This document shows positions 10,314-21,072 of a DNA stretch of 64,000 nt, one piece after another. Source of the DNA: Syntrophorhabdaceae bacterium. GTDB lineage: Bacteria; Desulfobacterota; Syntrophorhabdia; Syntrophorhabdales; Syntrophorhabdaceae. Below the pieces are notes generated by a model. It did not search any database, was not told the origin of the DNA, and worked only from the letters and a program-made list of their open reading frames with translations. Within the stretch, counting starts at the first letter, position 1. The number at the start of each line of letters is the position of its first letter. The translations under genes were made by a program, and so were the position numbers. The stretch covers positions 576,001-640,000 of the forward strand of contig CAXXUO010000002.1 in assembly GCA_963666485.2 (NCBI GenBank). Reading direction: 5' to 3'.

Positions 10314-10549
10314 AGCGGTTCCACGTTCCAGGTTCCACGTTCCACGCCATTAAGATCTCGACGTCATCCCTTCACACTCGCCGTCATCCCGGCTCCCGAG
10401 CCGGGACCCAAGGTTTGGTTTTTATTATTATTTTTGGTGTCAAAGTTTTGAAATGGGTTCAAGAAGAAAGACCTTGGATCCCGGTGTCAAGCACCGGGAT
10501 GACGGACAGTAGAAGCCTTACGCCTTACGCCTTACGCCTTACGCCGTTA
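10311..10549. repeat. Cassette: (gttccac)n array, 20-nt REP head, inverted REP doublet (10382-10504), (gccttac)x4 array
   Basis: Read directly; the spacer is near-identical to that of the doublet at 38488-38607. Confidence 0.85.
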
Positions 10550-11767
10550 GCCGTATAACGCCGCCACCGGCTCGTACTTCGTCCCTTCCATCGCCGGATA
10601 GATGCCGGCGATGACGCCGATGATCATGCTGATGAAAAGGGCGAGGGGTGTATTCATCGATACGACTATCGGGAACCCCCCGACGAGGTCGACGACGACG
10701 GTGATGATGAATCCGGCAATTATCCCGCCAACGCCGCCGACGAGGGCCACGATGACGGATTCCGAGAGAAACTGGATTATGATGTCCCGCTTCCTTGACC
10801 CGACAACCCTCCGGATGCCGATCTCCATTTTTCTTTCTGATATCGACAGGAGCATGATGGCGAATATTCCCAGTCCCCCGATGAGAAAAGAGACTGTCGA
10901 GGCGATGACCGTCAGGACCGATACCAGCCGTATGCCCTCTTCCTGCGTCCGCAGGATGTCCTCCATCGTGAATATGGTGAAATCGTCCTTCTGCTCGGGC
11001 CTCGTGTTATGGATCTTCCGTATAAACCCCCGCAATGTACCTTTCATGTTGGCCAATGAAAAACCGTCCTGGACCTGGACGTAGATCCCCTTTATGTAAT
11101 CAACGTTGGAGTAGCGCCGCATGAATGCGTTGAGCGGGACATACACCTGCAGGTCCTGGTCCTGGCCGGCGAAATCCGTCCCTTTTTCCTGCATGACGCC
11201 GGTAACTTCAGTTGGCACGCGGAATATCAATACGTTCTTTCCTATCGGGTCTTCCGACAGGAAGAAGTTCTCATAAACCTTGTAGCCGATCACCGCCTTC
11301 TTTTCAGCCTTTTCATCCTCGGCCACCGTAAAGAACCTGCCGGCGGCGAGGTCAACGTTCCTGATGTCAAAGATCTTGTTCGATACGCCGGTAACGGTCA
11401 CGTTAAGCGAATAGTCCTTGTAGCGGGCAGGATAGCTGACATCGAAATACGGGACGACCTCGGAAATGCCGGGGACCGATTCCCGTATCGCCTGGACGTC
11501 TTTCAGCTTCAGTGTTCTCGATTCGGAGAATTGCCGGGCGCTCCGTCCCGCCGTGAATACGACCCCTGCCCGTACGATGAGGAGGTTCTTCCCGAATTTA
11601 CCTATCTCCAATTCTATTTTTTTCTTCATCCCGTTGCTGATATTCCCGAATGCCACGAGGCTCATGACCGCGAACATGATACCGAGAAGGGCAAGGGTCA
11701 TCCTCGCCTTGTGGACGACGAGGTTTTGCAGGGCTATTTTCAGGTAGAACGATACCTTGTTGATCAT
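10547..11767 (-). CDS. MacB-like ABC permease
   Basis: MacB periplasmic core + FtsX; ERKMEIGIRRVVG. Confidence 0.9.
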   Translation of the reverse strand: MINKVSFYLKIALQNLVVHKARMTLALLGIMFAVMSLVAFGNISNGMKKKIELEIGKFGKNLLIVRAGVVFTAGRSARQFSESRTLKLKDVQAIRESVPGISEVVPYFDVSYPARYKDYSLNVTVTGVSNKIFDIRNVDLAAGRFFTVAEDEKAEKKAVIGYKVYENFFLSEDPIGKNVLIFRVPTEVTGVMQEKGTDFAGQDQDLQVYVPLNAFMRRYSNVDYIKGIYVQVQDGFSLANMKGTLRGFIRKIHNTRPEQKDDFTIFTMEDILRTQEEGIRLVSVLTVIASTVSFLIGGLGIFAIMLLSISERKMEIGIRRVVGSRKRDIIIQFLSESVIVALVGGVGGIIAGFIITVVVDLVGGFPIVVSMNTPLALFISMIIGVIAGIYPAMEGTKYEPVAALYG

Positions 11768-12987
11768 CCGCGGATGGCCTCGATAGGCTCGATCCGGCTC
11801 GCCGTGAGCGCCGGCTTCAACCCGGAGAACAGACCCGTCAGGAAACTGAAAAGCAGGGCAAAGAAGACGACCTTCATCGAGAACATCATCGGGATGTCGA
11901 AAAGCTTTTCAAACGTGCCCCCGAGGATGACGCTGAGTATGATCCCCGCGATCCCGCCGATCAGGGTTATCATGATCGACTCAAAGAGGAACGACAGGAG
12001 GATGCCTTTCCTTGTCGCGCCGTACGCCCTCCTGATGCCGATGTCCTTCTTGCGCTCCTGGATAGTGATATAGAATAGATTTGCAAGGACGAACCCGCTG
12101 ACGACGAGGGCGACAATGGCGGCCGTGCCGAGGAACAGAAGGAGCGAACCGGATATCACCGTGACAAACGCCAGGATATCCTTCGAGCTGCGCATCGTGA
12201 AATCATCGTCGAGGTTCCCTTTCAGGCCGTGGCTTTCCCGCAAGGTCGCCCGAATATCCTCCATCGTCCTGTCGATGTCCCTGTTCGTTTTCAGGCGGAC
12301 GGCGCTGAGGTACCGTTTCTCGTTCACGATCCGGGCGGTAACGGTCGTGAGCGGCATGATGATCCTGTCATCGATGTTGGGCCCCCCGGTCGAGCCGCCT
12401 TTTTCCTCAAGAACACCGATAACGCGCGTGGGGAGTTTTCCGACAACGATGGTCTTTGCCAGCGGGTCTTCCCCCCGGAACAGTTCCTCGTAAACCTTGG
12501 CGCCTATAACGCAAACCGCCTCGGCCCTGTCGTAATCTTCCGATGTGAACGGTGTACCCGACTGGAATTTCCAGACAAGCGAGCCGAAATAGTTCGTCGG
12601 CGCCCCGACCACCTGCGTCTGCCAGTTCCGGTCTTTGAACCGCATGATCACGTTGCGTGCCGAATATGTCTGCACGAGATCGTAGATGCCCTCAACGCGG
12701 CTTAAGAGTTCCGCATCCTCAACCTTGAGCGTACTTACGCGCAGCCGCGCTGCCCGCTGCCTTTCCCCGCCCCCGAAAACCATGATCGAGTCCGGGCCCA
12801 GCGCCTCGAATATCTCCTGCGCTTTCTTGTTCGCCCCGTCGATCGTGGTCACGATGATGCAGATGGAAAGGATCCCGAGGGCCACCCCCGAGAAAGAGAA
12901 GATGACCCGCCCCCGGTAATAATAGAGGATCTTCAGGACTTCCTCTATGAACTCCCTAAGTTGCGATATCTTCTGAGATAGCGCCAT
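11764..12987 (-). CDS. MacB-like ABC permease (second paralogue)
   Basis: ERKKDIGIRRAYGA; PIEAIR C-terminus. Confidence 0.9.
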   Translation of the reverse strand: MALSQKISQLREFIEEVLKILYYYRGRVIFSFSGVALGILSICIIVTTIDGANKKAQEIFEALGPDSIMVFGGGERQRAARLRVSTLKVEDAELLSRVEGIYDLVQTYSARNVIMRFKDRNWQTQVVGAPTNYFGSLVWKFQSGTPFTSEDYDRAEAVCVIGAKVYEELFRGEDPLAKTIVVGKLPTRVIGVLEEKGGSTGGPNIDDRIIMPLTTVTARIVNEKRYLSAVRLKTNRDIDRTMEDIRATLRESHGLKGNLDDDFTMRSSKDILAFVTVISGSLLLFLGTAAIVALVVSGFVLANLFYITIQERKKDIGIRRAYGATRKGILLSFLFESIMITLIGGIAGIILSVILGGTFEKLFDIPMMFSMKVVFFALLFSFLTGLFSGLKPALTASRIEPIEAIRG

Positions 12988-13630
12988 CTTCTATCCTGAC
13001 CAGGCGTTTTCCGTAAGCGGCGAGCTTGGGGTCGTGGGTAACGACAATTATGGTCTTCCCCTCGTCGTTGAGCATTTTGAAAAGGTCCATGATCTCGCTC
13101 CCCGTTTTTGAATCGAGGGCCCCCGTCGGCTCGTCGGCCAGTATGAGCTCGGGATCGTTCACGAGCGCCCGCGCTATCGCCACGCGCTGCTGCTCGCCGC
13201 CGGAGAGCTGGGAGGGCTTGTTGTGTACCCTGTGTTCGAGCCCGAACTTGGCGAGAAGCGTCTTCGCCTTCTCCCGGGGATGTCTGATGTCCTTCTTCGA
13301 ATAAACGATCGGTATCAGGACATTCTCTATGGCATCGAGATAGGGAAGGAGAAAGAATTGCTGGAAAACAAAGCCGATGTACCTGTTCCTCATGTCGGCG
13401 AGGTTCTCGTCGTCGAGCGCGTTCACATCGGTGCTCGCGAAGACGTAATCGCCGTCCGTCTGCTTGTCGAGAAGGCCGACGATGTTCATGAGCGTCGTCT
13501 TGCCCGAACCGGAGACGCCCATGAGGACCACGAACTCCCCCCGGGATATTGTCAGGTCGATGCCTTTGAGGATGGACAACTCCCTGTCGCCGACAAAATA
13601 GCTCTTCTTTATGTTCTTGAGATCGATCAT
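12956..13630 (-). CDS. ABC ATP-binding protein (LolD/MacB type)
   Basis: [29 protein letters not shown]. Confidence 0.95.
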   Translation of the reverse strand: MIDLKNIKKSYFVGDRELSILKGIDLTISRGEFVVLMGVSGSGKTTLMNIVGLLDKQTDGDYVFASTDVNALDDENLADMRNRYIGFVFQQFFLLPYLDAIENVLIPIVYSKKDIRHPREKAKTLLAKFGLEHRVHNKPSQLSGGEQQRVAIARALVNDPELILADEPTGALDSKTGSEIMDLFKMLNDEGKTIIVVTHDPKLAAYGKRLVRIEDGAISEDIAT

Positions 13631-14760
13631 TTCCGGGGCGGCGCACTGCCCGTCGGCTTTTTTGCGGCCGGTGCGACGGCGGGCACAATGATCTCCTGGC
13701 CTTCGGAGAGCCCCGATGCTATCTCGGTGAACCTCTGGTCCCTGACGCCGGGGATGACCTCCTGCCGGACCACTTTTCCCCGGGATTTGACATAAACCAC
13801 GTTCTTGCGGTCCTCGAAACGCACGGCTCCATTCGGGACGACAATGACGTTGGATTTTTGCTCGATTATGATCTTTACATGGCTCGTCATTTCCGGCTTC
13901 AGGGTCAGGGCGTCCGTCGGGTCTATTTTCACGATGGCAAGGTAGTATACGATATTTTCCTTGAGCTCCGGCTGGGGGTAAATGCGGTCGATAACGCCTT
14001 TGTATATCTTGTCTCTGTACGCATCGACCCAGTATTCGATCTTGAGCCCGGGCTTGACCCGCCCGATGTCGGTCTCATCGACGTATATCCACATCTCGAG
14101 CTTGGTGGGGTCGATTATGGTTATCAGGTTGGGGGCGGACAGGCCCGAGACGACGGTCTCACCCTCCTGCGTCGCAACGGATGAGATGTACCCGGATATC
14201 GGGGCATAGATCTTCGTGTAGCTGTGGCTCACCTTGAGGGCTTTCCATCTCTCCTGGGCTTCTCTTACCTTTGCCTTGCCGAGATCTACCTGCGCACGTG
14301 AAACATCAAGTTCGCGTTTCGCCTTCTCGACATTGTCCCGGGTCGTATATTCTTTCGCCAAAAGGCGCTGCTCCCTCTCGTAGTTTGTCTGGTTGTAGAC
14401 GTCCTGGGCCTTTTTTGCGTCGAGGTCCCTGCGCTGTTCCTCGACCACCGCCTCGGCGTTGCGGAGGTTTGCCAGGATCTCGCGATCGTCTATCTCGACA
14501 ATGAGGTCCCCTTTCTTCACAAAATCGCCGATCTGGAACTTGAGCCTGTTGAGGAGGCCGGTTGCACGGGTGCCTACTTTAACGATGGCGCCCACCTGGG
14601 CCTTGATGATCCCCGTCTGTTCCGTCGAGTAGGTCACGTTGGCCCGTTTCACCGTGAATAATTCGCCTGCCTTCTGCCTGTCCCCTTTCCGGGCCACGAA
14701 GAAGATTATGAGCACGACAATGCAGAGTCCGACGACGGCGTATATGAGCTTCCGTTTCAT
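13627..14760 (-). CDS. Periplasmic adaptor / membrane fusion protein (MacA-like)
   Basis: N-terminal TM, lipoyl halves, coiled coil, IYAPISG, VDETDIG. Confidence 0.9.
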   Translation of the reverse strand: MKRKLIYAVVGLCIVVLIIFFVARKGDRQKAGELFTVKRANVTYSTEQTGIIKAQVGAIVKVGTRATGLLNRLKFQIGDFVKKGDLIVEIDDREILANLRNAEAVVEEQRRDLDAKKAQDVYNQTNYEREQRLLAKEYTTRDNVEKAKRELDVSRAQVDLGKAKVREAQERWKALKVSHSYTKIYAPISGYISSVATQEGETVVSGLSAPNLITIIDPTKLEMWIYVDETDIGRVKPGLKIEYWVDAYRDKIYKGVIDRIYPQPELKENIVYYLAIVKIDPTDALTLKPEMTSHVKIIIEQKSNVIVVPNGAVRFEDRKNVVYVKSRGKVVRQEVIPGVRDQRFTEIASGLSEGQEIIVPAVAPAAKKPTGSAPPRK

Positions 14761-16058
14761 TCGATATAAGCCGCCCTTTGCAGATATGACAACGATACGC
14801 GGGACCGCGCAAGGGCGCCGACATAGTTTTCGTTTGCAGCCGCTAAGTCCTTTTCACTCTGGAGCAGGTTGAGGATATCGCCCTTGCCCTCGAGGAACTC
14901 ACCGTAAAGCTGGTTGAAATTTGACGTCGCCTCGCGGACAAGCTGGGAATACATCGAAACATCGTCTATGCTCAACTCATAATCTTTCAGGCCCCGTGCG
15001 ATGTCGAGACTCGTTGTCCTTTTCGTTTCTGCCAGCCGCTGCCGGGCCGCGTTCACGCCGCTCATCGCACCCTGCATGTTGTAATACCGTCCGACACCAT
15101 CGAACAGCGGAAAGGTAAAGCTGAGGATGAAGGCATCACTCCTGCCTTCCGGGAAGAAGGTCTTGTCCTGCCGCGTTTGCTGGAGAGAGCTGTCGATCTT
15201 GGGGTACCAGGCGGCCTTGGTCTGGTCGTAGACGCTCATCAGTCTTTCAACTTCCTTCTGCTGGGCAACGATCTCCGGTTTCACCTCAAGTGCCCTGGCG
15301 TTCAAGGTGTTGTAATCCACGCGGTATGACGGCGCGGTGAGCGGGCCTTCCACGTCGAAGGGGTCCTTGCTTTCGACTATGATCAAAGACCGTACCGTCT
15401 CCAGGGATTTCTCATATTCCTTGACAGCCTTCTGGAGATCTATCTTGGCATTAAGGAGCCTGACCTCGGCCTGGAGCAGATCACTCTTCTTTGCGACCCC
15501 TTCTTCGTACCGTCCGCGGGTGAGATTGTATATTTTCTGGGCGGCCGCGACCGCCTCCTGTCTCTTGCCGACTACCCCCTTTGCTCCCAGGGCAACATAG
15601 AAGGCAGTCTTAATATTATAGAGGACGTCTTCGCGGACGCTCTTGAATTTTTCTTTCTCGCGCTCCCAGGCAGAATACGCACCCCGCCTTTTTGCAAACC
15701 GCTCTCCCCCATCGAATACTCTCCAGGAGATTGTGCCCGTAAAAGTGTATGTGTCCCGCGAATCGGTCGTATCGCTCAGGTCGCCCGTATACGTGCTTAT
15801 CGGCGTCCGGGGTGATATGATCCGTATATACGAAGAATAGACGTCGAACTTCGGCAGAAAAGGATCGATAGAGGAAATATAAGAGAAACGGGATATCTTG
15901 ACGAATTCCGCCTGTTCCTTGACGACGTAAGATTCGCCGAGAGCGCTCTTTATAGCCTCGTCCAGTGTGACAGGAAAGGCAGGGCCCTGCAACCCGAAAA
16001 ATGTGAAGAGAAGCGCTCCGAACAGAAAGAAGGCTTTAGATAAAAACGTTTTCGCCAT
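14757..16058 (-). CDS. TolC-family outer membrane efflux protein
   Basis: Signal peptide, two OEP repeats (FLPKFD, WYPKID, FPLFDG); first gene of the Mac-type operon. Confidence 0.9.
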   Translation of the reverse strand: MAKTFLSKAFFLFGALLFTFFGLQGPAFPVTLDEAIKSALGESYVVKEQAEFVKISRFSYISSIDPFLPKFDVYSSYIRIISPRTPISTYTGDLSDTTDSRDTYTFTGTISWRVFDGGERFAKRRGAYSAWEREKEKFKSVREDVLYNIKTAFYVALGAKGVVGKRQEAVAAAQKIYNLTRGRYEEGVAKKSDLLQAEVRLLNAKIDLQKAVKEYEKSLETVRSLIIVESKDPFDVEGPLTAPSYRVDYNTLNARALEVKPEIVAQQKEVERLMSVYDQTKAAWYPKIDSSLQQTRQDKTFFPEGRSDAFILSFTFPLFDGVGRYYNMQGAMSGVNAARQRLAETKRTTSLDIARGLKDYELSIDDVSMYSQLVREATSNFNQLYGEFLEGKGDILNLLQSEKDLAAANENYVGALARSRVSLSYLQRAAYIE

Positions 16059-16193
16059 GTCTACCAGGAATCCGGTTCTATTTAGTAAATCCCGTCTATT
16101 GTAGCATAACCACTATAACGCCACAATTATAAAGACGCGGTCCCCCGGCCGGGACACGATCTAAAGGCGCTGACCGGCGGGAATATTAACGAT

Positions 16194-16637
16194 CTAGAAA
16201 TCCTGAATACCAGGGGGACATTGCGCCGGGTAGGCTATGGTCCTCGCCAGCACTTCATACACGATGACGCACGATGTGTCCCTGCCGTCCGAGTGGTTCG
16301 ACTTCAGGAAACGGGCGGTCTTGAGCTGGTCTTTCCCGTCATATTCAACAAGTGCGTCGTACCGGACCCAGGCGAACGTGCTTTTGGAGGATATCTTGAA
16401 AAAGACCTGGCGATGCGCCGGGTCCTTCTTTGACGGGGATTTATCGTTCAGCCTGAAACCGTTGCCTGTAAGGGTAAGCGCTACATCGTTCCGGGTCATC
16501 CCCGCCGAGATGCCGGATGCCATCTTCACAACCCCTGCCTCATCCTTCGTGGTCTTTTTTTCGATCGCTTTAATATAGTAAAAGGTCGCTATAATGCCGA
16601 TCAGCACGACCAGGATCAATTTCACAGATTTTTTCAT
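16194..16637 (-). CDS. Hypothetical membrane-anchored protein
   Basis: ORF with an N-terminal hydrophobic anchor; no recognised motif. Confidence 0.55.
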   Translation of the reverse strand: MKKSVKLILVVLIGIIATFYYIKAIEKKTTKDEAGVVKMASGISAGMTRNDVALTLTGNGFRLNDKSPSKKDPAHRQVFFKISSKSTFAWVRYDALVEYDGKDQLKTARFLKSNHSDGRDTSCVIVYEVLARTIAYPAQCPPGIQDF

Positions 16638-16727
16638 GGTGCGCGTATCCAATGAAGTCACCCCACCCCTCTTTGCGCTTCGCTATCCGCCATATGGGCC
16701 GCGAAGCAGGTTGATTGTTCGGCGGTT

Positions 16728-17660
16728 TTATTTAACGGGAACGGCATACGGGGTCCCCGATGGAGGAATAATCCTCAACGAAACGGGCCTTGGCTCTGTT
16801 TGTTCCCGCCACAAGATAGCCGTCCCGCAATCAATGCCCTTCGTCAGCGTAAACGCGGCAATTACCTCTCCCTTTTTTCCGAGGGCCTCGATCCTGTTGC
16901 GGTCCTGTTTCGGAACATAGACCTGCGTCACGCCCGAGGACCAGTGGGCCAGGCTTTCATAGGTCTTGACATTGATGATAAGGAACATGGCAATATAGCA
17001 CCCGATCATCGCCATCCTTATGATACGGATCCGCAGTTTCTTATCTGCCGCCCCTATGGCCCAGAATGACAGTACCATGGCCCCTGAAAGGATCACCAGG
17101 TAGGAATAGAAGTAGCCGCCGGCCCAATCCTGGGCAAGGAAGAGGAATACGGGCAGGTGTATGGTATTGCAACCGAAGGGGATCACGCCGCTGCCGGCCG
17201 GCCCCCCTTCCAGGCCGACGGTAAATATTACACTGCAAGCGAGGACCGCAAAAAGTATGGAAAGCACCCAATGCCTCAGGAACCAGAACCGGTCGCGCAA
17301 GCCCTCCGGTGGCACGGGCGGTAGTTTATCGCGATAAATATCTGTTGGTGTTCCCTTCCGGTATGATCCTGTTACCTCGTAGCTCCACGTTTGCAGCAGC
17401 TTCCATGCCGGGTCTATGTTAACCAGTTCAACGCAATTACGCGGAACGTCGAACCGATAACCGGGTAATTGGGGATCGTAGTCCTGGCTCTCGGGACCAG
17501 ATCCGCGACCGTGATATACGGTTATCTTGTGGATCACACTGTCGTTGCACAGCACCAACGGCCGGGACCCGGAGGGAACCTGCCCGAGGAGAACGGCCGG
17601 AGACAGGGAGAAGACGGTTATGAATATAATAATATAGACGTTTCGGAAGGCAGTGTTCAT
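16728..17660 (-). CDS. Hypothetical membrane protein
   Basis: Signal-like N-terminus, soluble domain, 4 TM, C-terminal domain. Confidence 0.55.
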   Translation of the reverse strand: MNTAFRNVYIIIFITVFSLSPAVLLGQVPSGSRPLVLCNDSVIHKITVYHGRGSGPESQDYDPQLPGYRFDVPRNCVELVNIDPAWKLLQTWSYEVTGSYRKGTPTDIYRDKLPPVPPEGLRDRFWFLRHWVLSILFAVLACSVIFTVGLEGGPAGSGVIPFGCNTIHLPVFLFLAQDWAGGYFYSYLVILSGAMVLSFWAIGAADKKLRIRIIRMAMIGCYIAMFLIINVKTYESLAHWSSGVTQVYVPKQDRNRIEALGKKGEVIAAFTLTKGIDCGTAILWREQTEPRPVSLRIIPPSGTPYAVPVK

Positions 17661-17763
17661 AGCGACCCTCCATGGGATCCTAATCATTCTGGATCAACCC
17701 TGAATCGTTGTCAAGCCAAAGGACCAAGACGGGTTCAGGGAAACACGATCCAGGCGGCAAGCC

Positions 17764-17790
17764 AAAAAAAAAGGCCTTGCTGAGCAAGGC
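17764..17790 (-). terminator. Intrinsic terminator downstream of tRNA-Phe
   Basis: gccttgc-tca-gcaaggc hairpin plus 9 T on the minus strand. Confidence 0.75.
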
Positions 17791-17836
17791 ATGAAGGAAT
17801 CATTCGCGTGTCGGATCAAACTTGGATAAAAAGAAA

Positions 17837-17909
17837 TGCCGAGGGACGGAATTGAACCGCCGACACGGGGATTTTCAGTCCCCTGCTCTACCGACTGAGC
17901 TACCTCGGC
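17837..17909 (-). tRNA. tRNA-Phe(GAA), CCA not encoded
   Basis: GCCGAGGTAGCTCAGTCGGTAGAGCAGGGGACTGAAAATCCCCGTGTCGGCGGTTCAATTCCGTCCCTCGGCA folds as a cloverleaf. Confidence 0.97.
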
Positions 17910-18040
17910 AACAGGTTTATTTAAAACATATGAGGTCATGGCCTGTCAACTGTTTCCTTGCGCGGCTTCTCGAAAACCTTTTGACAGCGCCCCGCTGCCT
18001 GTGTTACACAGATTCATCATCTGTTCAGCAGGATACATCT

Positions 18041-19252
18041 ATGAAACCATTCAGGGGCATACTTTACAACACGCAGAAAGCTGACGGCATCGCCGGCCTT
18101 GTGTGCCCGCCTTATGACGTGATCGAGAATACCGATCCGTATTATTCCCGGAGCCCCTTCAACGCGATACGCCTTGAACTGCCGCGCGACCTGCCTGATA
18201 TGGACAGGTACCAGAACGCCAGGAACACCATGGAGCACTGGCTTTCGCAGGGTGTCCTTCTGCCCGATGCGCATGAATCGGTCTATGTTTACGAGCAGGA
18301 GTTTGCTGTCGACAGCGGCACTTTTTGCAGGACCGGTTTCATCTCGCTCCAGAGGCTCGACAGAGACCGCATCCTCACCCATGAGCAGACACGGAAAAAG
18401 GCAAAAGCCGACCGCGAGCAGCTGATAGGAACGCTCAAGACATATACGAGCTTCATTTTCGGCCTGTATGACGACAGGGAAAAAGAGATCCATCAGGCCA
18501 TAGCCGGGGCTTCCCGCGAGAAGATCTACGACTTCATCGACGAACAGGACATCAAGACCGGGTTTTACCGGATCAGTGATAGCGGCTCGATCAGGGACCT
18601 TGTCAATCTCGTTGAAAAGAAGAACATCTACATTGCCGACGGGCATCACAGGCTCGATGTGTCGTACCGGCTGAATGTCACCCATGCCCCGTTTTACCTG
18701 ACCGACATGTACGACCGGGGGATCGTGATCTTCCCGTATCACAGGCTGGTCAAGTTTTCGCGGAAGCGTCCGCTTAACGAATTGATCGGAACGCTTGAGC
18801 CTTTTATGAAGATCGAACGAATACCCTTTGGCGGCAAGGATGCCCTGCCCTCCGTACTGGCTGCGGTAGCTGCTTCGGGGCCGCTCGCGTTCGCATTCTT
18901 TTCAACCGACGACCACGGCCATATCTACATGGCTTCGGAAAAGACCCGCCTGCCTCTGTACGACGATGCCGGGGTCCATGACAGCCTCAAGAAATTGAAG
19001 GTCAACGCTATCCACAGCGGCATCATCCGCGGCATAATGAAGATCGAGGACGATGAGATCTCCTTCACCGAGGACCATCAGTGGTCCGTGGAATGCGTGA
19101 TGAACGGGTCCGCAGATCTCGCCTTTTTCCTCCCTCCCACAACGGTCGACGAGGTCCGCGACATAGCCGAGAACGGGCTCGACATGCCGCCGAAGTCGAC
19201 GTTCTTCTATCCCAAGATCCTGACGGGGCTTGTTTTCTACAAGTATGCGTGA
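18041..19252 (+). CDS. DUF1015 family protein
   Basis: KPFRG, CPPYDVI, THEQT, IADGHHR, MPPKSTFFYPK motifs. Confidence 0.85.
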   Translation: MKPFRGILYNTQKADGIAGLVCPPYDVIENTDPYYSRSPFNAIRLELPRDLPDMDRYQNARNTMEHWLSQGVLLPDAHESVYVYEQEFAVDSGTFCRTGFISLQRLDRDRILTHEQTRKKAKADREQLIGTLKTYTSFIFGLYDDREKEIHQAIAGASREKIYDFIDEQDIKTGFYRISDSGSIRDLVNLVEKKNIYIADGHHRLDVSYRLNVTHAPFYLTDMYDRGIVIFPYHRLVKFSRKRPLNELIGTLEPFMKIERIPFGGKDALPSVLAAVAASGPLAFAFFSTDDHGHIYMASEKTRLPLYDDAGVHDSLKKLKVNAIHSGIIRGIMKIEDDEISFTEDHQWSVECVMNGSADLAFFLPPTTVDEVRDIAENGLDMPPKSTFFYPKILTGLVFYKYA

Positions 19253-19985
19253 GATCGTCGGAAAAGACGAAACGCTTGATATTCTGTGCAATGAGAAACT
19301 CCGGATAATCCAGAAAAAACGCGGGTACCGTTTCTCCATCGACGCCATCCTCCTCGCGTCGTTTGTAAGGCTCCGAAAGCATGAAAGGTTGTTGGATATA
19401 GGTTCGGGTTGTGGTATCATACCTATCTATATCGCGAGAAGGGGATGCACGAACGATATGACGGGTGTCGAACTCCAGAAAGACCTTTGCGACGCCGCAG
19501 AAAAGAACAGGGCATTGAACCGGTGTGGGGACCATGTCCGGTTTATCAACGGTGATATCAGGTCCCTCGTCAAGGACATGAAGGCACATCCCTTTCAGGT
19601 CGTCGTTTCCAATCCGCCATACACAAGGCGGCGAAGCGGGCGGACATGCCCCGACGAGTCACGTTACCTGGCGCGCTACGAAGATAAGCTCGATATCGAT
19701 GAACTGACATCGGCGGCGTCTTCCCTGCTTTCCACGAAAGGGCGTTTCTATGTCATATATCCGGCCCATCGCCTGGAGGAGATTATTCGCGCGGCACGGG
19801 AAAAACAGTTGGTCTTGAAAAAGCTGCGCATCGTCTATCCCAGGCAGAACGAGAAGGCAAATCTCGTTCTCGCAGAATTCCTCAAAGGTGCCGGGACGGG
19901 AGTGACCATAGAAGAGCCTCTTTATGTTTACAACGGGACTGAAATTTCAGACGAAGTCAAAAAATACTATTCATTCGAGGATTGA
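19245..19985 (+). CDS. tRNA1(Val) A37 N6-methyltransferase-like (TrmN6/YfiC)
   Basis: RFSIDAILL, LDIGSGCG, VSNPPY, ARYE. Confidence 0.8.
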   Translation: MREIVGKDETLDILCNEKLRIIQKKRGYRFSIDAILLASFVRLRKHERLLDIGSGCGIIPIYIARRGCTNDMTGVELQKDLCDAAEKNRALNRCGDHVRFINGDIRSLVKDMKAHPFQVVVSNPPYTRRRSGRTCPDESRYLARYEDKLDIDELTSAASSLLSTKGRFYVIYPAHRLEEIIRAAREKQLVLKKLRIVYPRQNEKANLVLAEFLKGAGTGVTIEEPLYVYNGTEISDEVKKYYSFED

Positions 19986-19987
19986 TT

Positions 19988-20956
19988 ATGTCCGGATTCA
20001 CGAAGATCATTCAGAAGGACCTTGACAAGCTCGAGTCGTCTATCGACGACCTGCTGAGCACGCGCGTCAATTACATTAAAGAGATCGTCACGTACATCAT
20101 CAAATCAGGCGGCAAAAGGGTGCGCCCCGTCCTCGTCATGCTCTGTTCCAAGCTGTGCGGGTACCGCGGAAAAAAACACATCCCCTATGCCGCGATCATA
20201 GAGTTCATTCACACCGCGACGCTTCTCCATGACGATGTCGTCGACAACGCGAAGACGCGCCGGGGCCTTTCGACGGTCAATACCGTCTGGGGGAACGAAC
20301 CGAGCGTGCTCGTGGGCGATTTCCTCTATTCGCGCTCCTTTGAGCTGATGTCCCGCGACGGGAACACCGAGATACTCAAAACGATATCCCAGGTGACCAC
20401 GGCGCTGTCCGAAGGGGAGATCCTCGAAATAGTCAAGACCGCGGACGTCGAGACGTCGGAGAAGGATTACTACGAGATCATCGGGAACAAGACGGCCGTC
20501 CTTTTCGGCGCTGCCTGCGAGATCGGCGCCATTCTTGGCAACAGGGCCCCCGTTGAAAGAAAGTCGCTGAGAAATTTCGGGTACAACCTCGGCATCGCCT
20601 TTCAGCTCATGGACGACGTGCTCGATTACACGTCGATCAACGACGTGCTGGGAAAACGCGTCGGCACAGACCTCAAGGAAGGAAAGGTCACCCTGCCCCT
20701 TATTCACGTCCTGAAAAACTCCCGTGAGAAGGACAAAGCTTACATAGAATCCGTCTTTGCAAAACAGCGGATCACGCAGGGCGATTTCGATCGCGTCAGG
20801 AAAATAATCGAGAAGAACGGCGGCATCGCATACACAATGGATGCAACGAGGAAGCACCTCGACAAAGCGAAGAAGCACCTGGACATATTCCCGGCATCAC
20901 AATATAAGACCGCGCTGCTGGAACTGGCGGACTATATGCTGAACCGGGAGATGTAG
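19988..20956 (+). CDS. ispB: Polyprenyl (octaprenyl) diphosphate synthase
   Basis: GGKRVRP, LLHDDVVD, FQLMDDVLD, DLKEGKVTLP. Confidence 0.85.
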   Translation: MSGFTKIIQKDLDKLESSIDDLLSTRVNYIKEIVTYIIKSGGKRVRPVLVMLCSKLCGYRGKKHIPYAAIIEFIHTATLLHDDVVDNAKTRRGLSTVNTVWGNEPSVLVGDFLYSRSFELMSRDGNTEILKTISQVTTALSEGEILEIVKTADVETSEKDYYEIIGNKTAVLFGAACEIGAILGNRAPVERKSLRNFGYNLGIAFQLMDDVLDYTSINDVLGKRVGTDLKEGKVTLPLIHVLKNSREKDKAYIESVFAKQRITQGDFDRVRKIIEKNGGIAYTMDATRKHLDKAKKHLDIFPASQYKTALLELADYMLNREM

Positions 20957-20965
20957 GCAAAAGAT

Positions 20966-21067
20966 GGTTCAAGGTTCAAGGTTCAAAGACAAAAAAAGAA
21001 CCGGGATAATGCAAAACGCTTTCGCAGTTTAGGGGATCTTTTAACCTTGAACCTTGAACCTTGAACC
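20966..21067. repeat. Cassette: (ggttcaa)x3 ... (ttgaacc)x3-4, inward-facing, short spacer only
   Basis: Read directly between the convergent ispB and glgC stop codons. Confidence 0.9.
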
Positions 21068-21072
21068 GTTTT

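Noticed and set aside
16194..17837. Integrated island at the tRNA-Phe 3' end
   Set aside because: Only two hypothetical genes, no integrase, and I saw no duplicated tRNA end.
17694..18040. ORFs overlapping the tRNA (17694-17939 and the 17822 extension)
   Set aside because: These are translations of tRNA-Phe; the DUF1015 gene starts at 18041.
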